DNA of 60,152 bases from a virus (Duplodnaviria > Heunggongvirae > Uroviricota > Caudoviricetes). The stretch lies in the IMG/VR virus record IMGVR_UViG_3300034355_001008; one strand, written 5' to 3'. A program made the position numbers and the translations under genes. This document shows, piece after piece, positions 59,591-60,152 of this stretch (its first letter is position 1; each line of letters opens with the position of its first letter). The notes under the pieces were generated by a model. It ran no database searches, had not been told where the DNA came from, and worked only from the letters and a program-made list of their open reading frames with translations.

Positions 59591-59709
59591 CAACTTATTG
59601 ATTTATAAGGAGAATGTATGTCATTGATTCCTAAGGAATTCTTATGTCATTGATTTTTAAGAGGTTTTGTAAGTTATTGATTTATAACGAGAATCGTATG
59701 TCATTGATT
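59591..59709. repeat. Five IHF-like sites at 26-27 bp period
   Basis: T(C/T)ATTGATT units starting 59591, 59617, 59643, 59670, 59697. Confidence 0.8.
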
Positions 59710-59769
59710 TTCAAGGAGATGCTGCATTCGTTACTGGAGCGGCTTAAACGGCTCATCACGCGCTCCAAT

Positions 59770-59833
59770 TATAGCGAAACGAATATAGCGAAACGAATAT
59801 AGCGAAACGAATATAGCGAAACGAATATAGCGA
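59770..59833 (+). repeat. 14-bp tandem repeat (TATAGCGAAACGAA) x4.5
   Basis: Perfect copies at 59770, 59784, 59798, 59812 plus a partial. Confidence 0.95.
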
Positions 59834-59867
59834 TTAAGCCTTGTCCGAATATAGCGAATTAACAATA

Positions 59868-59930
59868 GCGATTAGGCATTCTGCGATTAGGCATTCTGCC
59901 ATCAGGCATTCTGCCATCAGGCATTCTGCC
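59868..59930 (+). repeat. 15-bp tandem repeat x4
   Basis: GCGATTAGGCATTCT x2 then GCCATCAGGCATTCT x2. Confidence 0.95.
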
Positions 59931-60152
59931 AAATAGCGAATTCCTTTAATTCTTCACGGACTCGGATGCCCGTAGCCACACTCTCACACGCCACGTACAA
60001 TTCACATGGCGGTTCTTGTGGGTCAGGGTTCGGTAAATCAACAGCCGCGAATACCAAATCTTCCTGATTGAAATTAGACGGAAATATAGCGAATTTGTGT
60101 AATGGGTTCATAGCGGTTTCTGACGTGTTATAGCGATTGTTGGATTACATCT

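Noticed and set aside
59770-59930. Tandem repeats as CRISPR
   Set aside because: Head-to-tail 14/15-bp units with no spacers.
59917-60111. 64-aa ORF at right end
   Set aside because: Ends inside the 15-bp repeat, no clear RBS or motif; may be real but unsupported.
1-60152. Alternative genetic code
   Set aside because: Recognisable genes are full length in code 11; no suppressor tRNA seen.

Overview
AT-rich 60 kb segment of a large T4-like dsDNA bacteriophage; host not identifiable from the window, though sigma70-type promoters and IHF-like sites point to a proteobacterium. Layout: (i) 1.2-10.7 kb, + strand, late-type operon: GH19 endolysin, three small membrane proteins, curli-like CsgF/CsgG/curlin, FecR-like protein, PlcP-like phosphoesterase plus GT4 glycosyltransferase, non-specific nuclease, CHASE2 adenylate cyclase. 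(ii) 10.7-43 kb, mostly - strand: GroES, a circularly permuted two-piece tmRNA, DexA-like exonuclease, DNA ligase, thioredoxin, two RNA ligases, sugar-modification enzymes, tRNA-Ser/Arg, lytic transglycosylase, holin, lipase, radical SAM protein and a ~290 nt structured ncRNA cluster. Four + strand homing-endonuclease genes across the window share one structured 5' leader. (iii) 43-59 kb: dozens of small early genes, each with a near-identical promoter/leader/RBS cassette, plus a tRNA-Tyr/Cys transcript ending in five hairpins whose loops are complementary to that shared RBS. (iv) Two IHF-site arrays and tandem repeats near the right end (possible origin or terminus). Top candidates for undescribed biology: the anti-RBS hairpin array (52801-52982), the covarying endonuclease leader motif, the permuted tmRNA, the tRNA-like ncRNA at 37.1-37.4 kb, and the curli/lipid-remodelling/cyclase cassette. 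All coordinates, pairings and family calls were read by eye; no searches were run.
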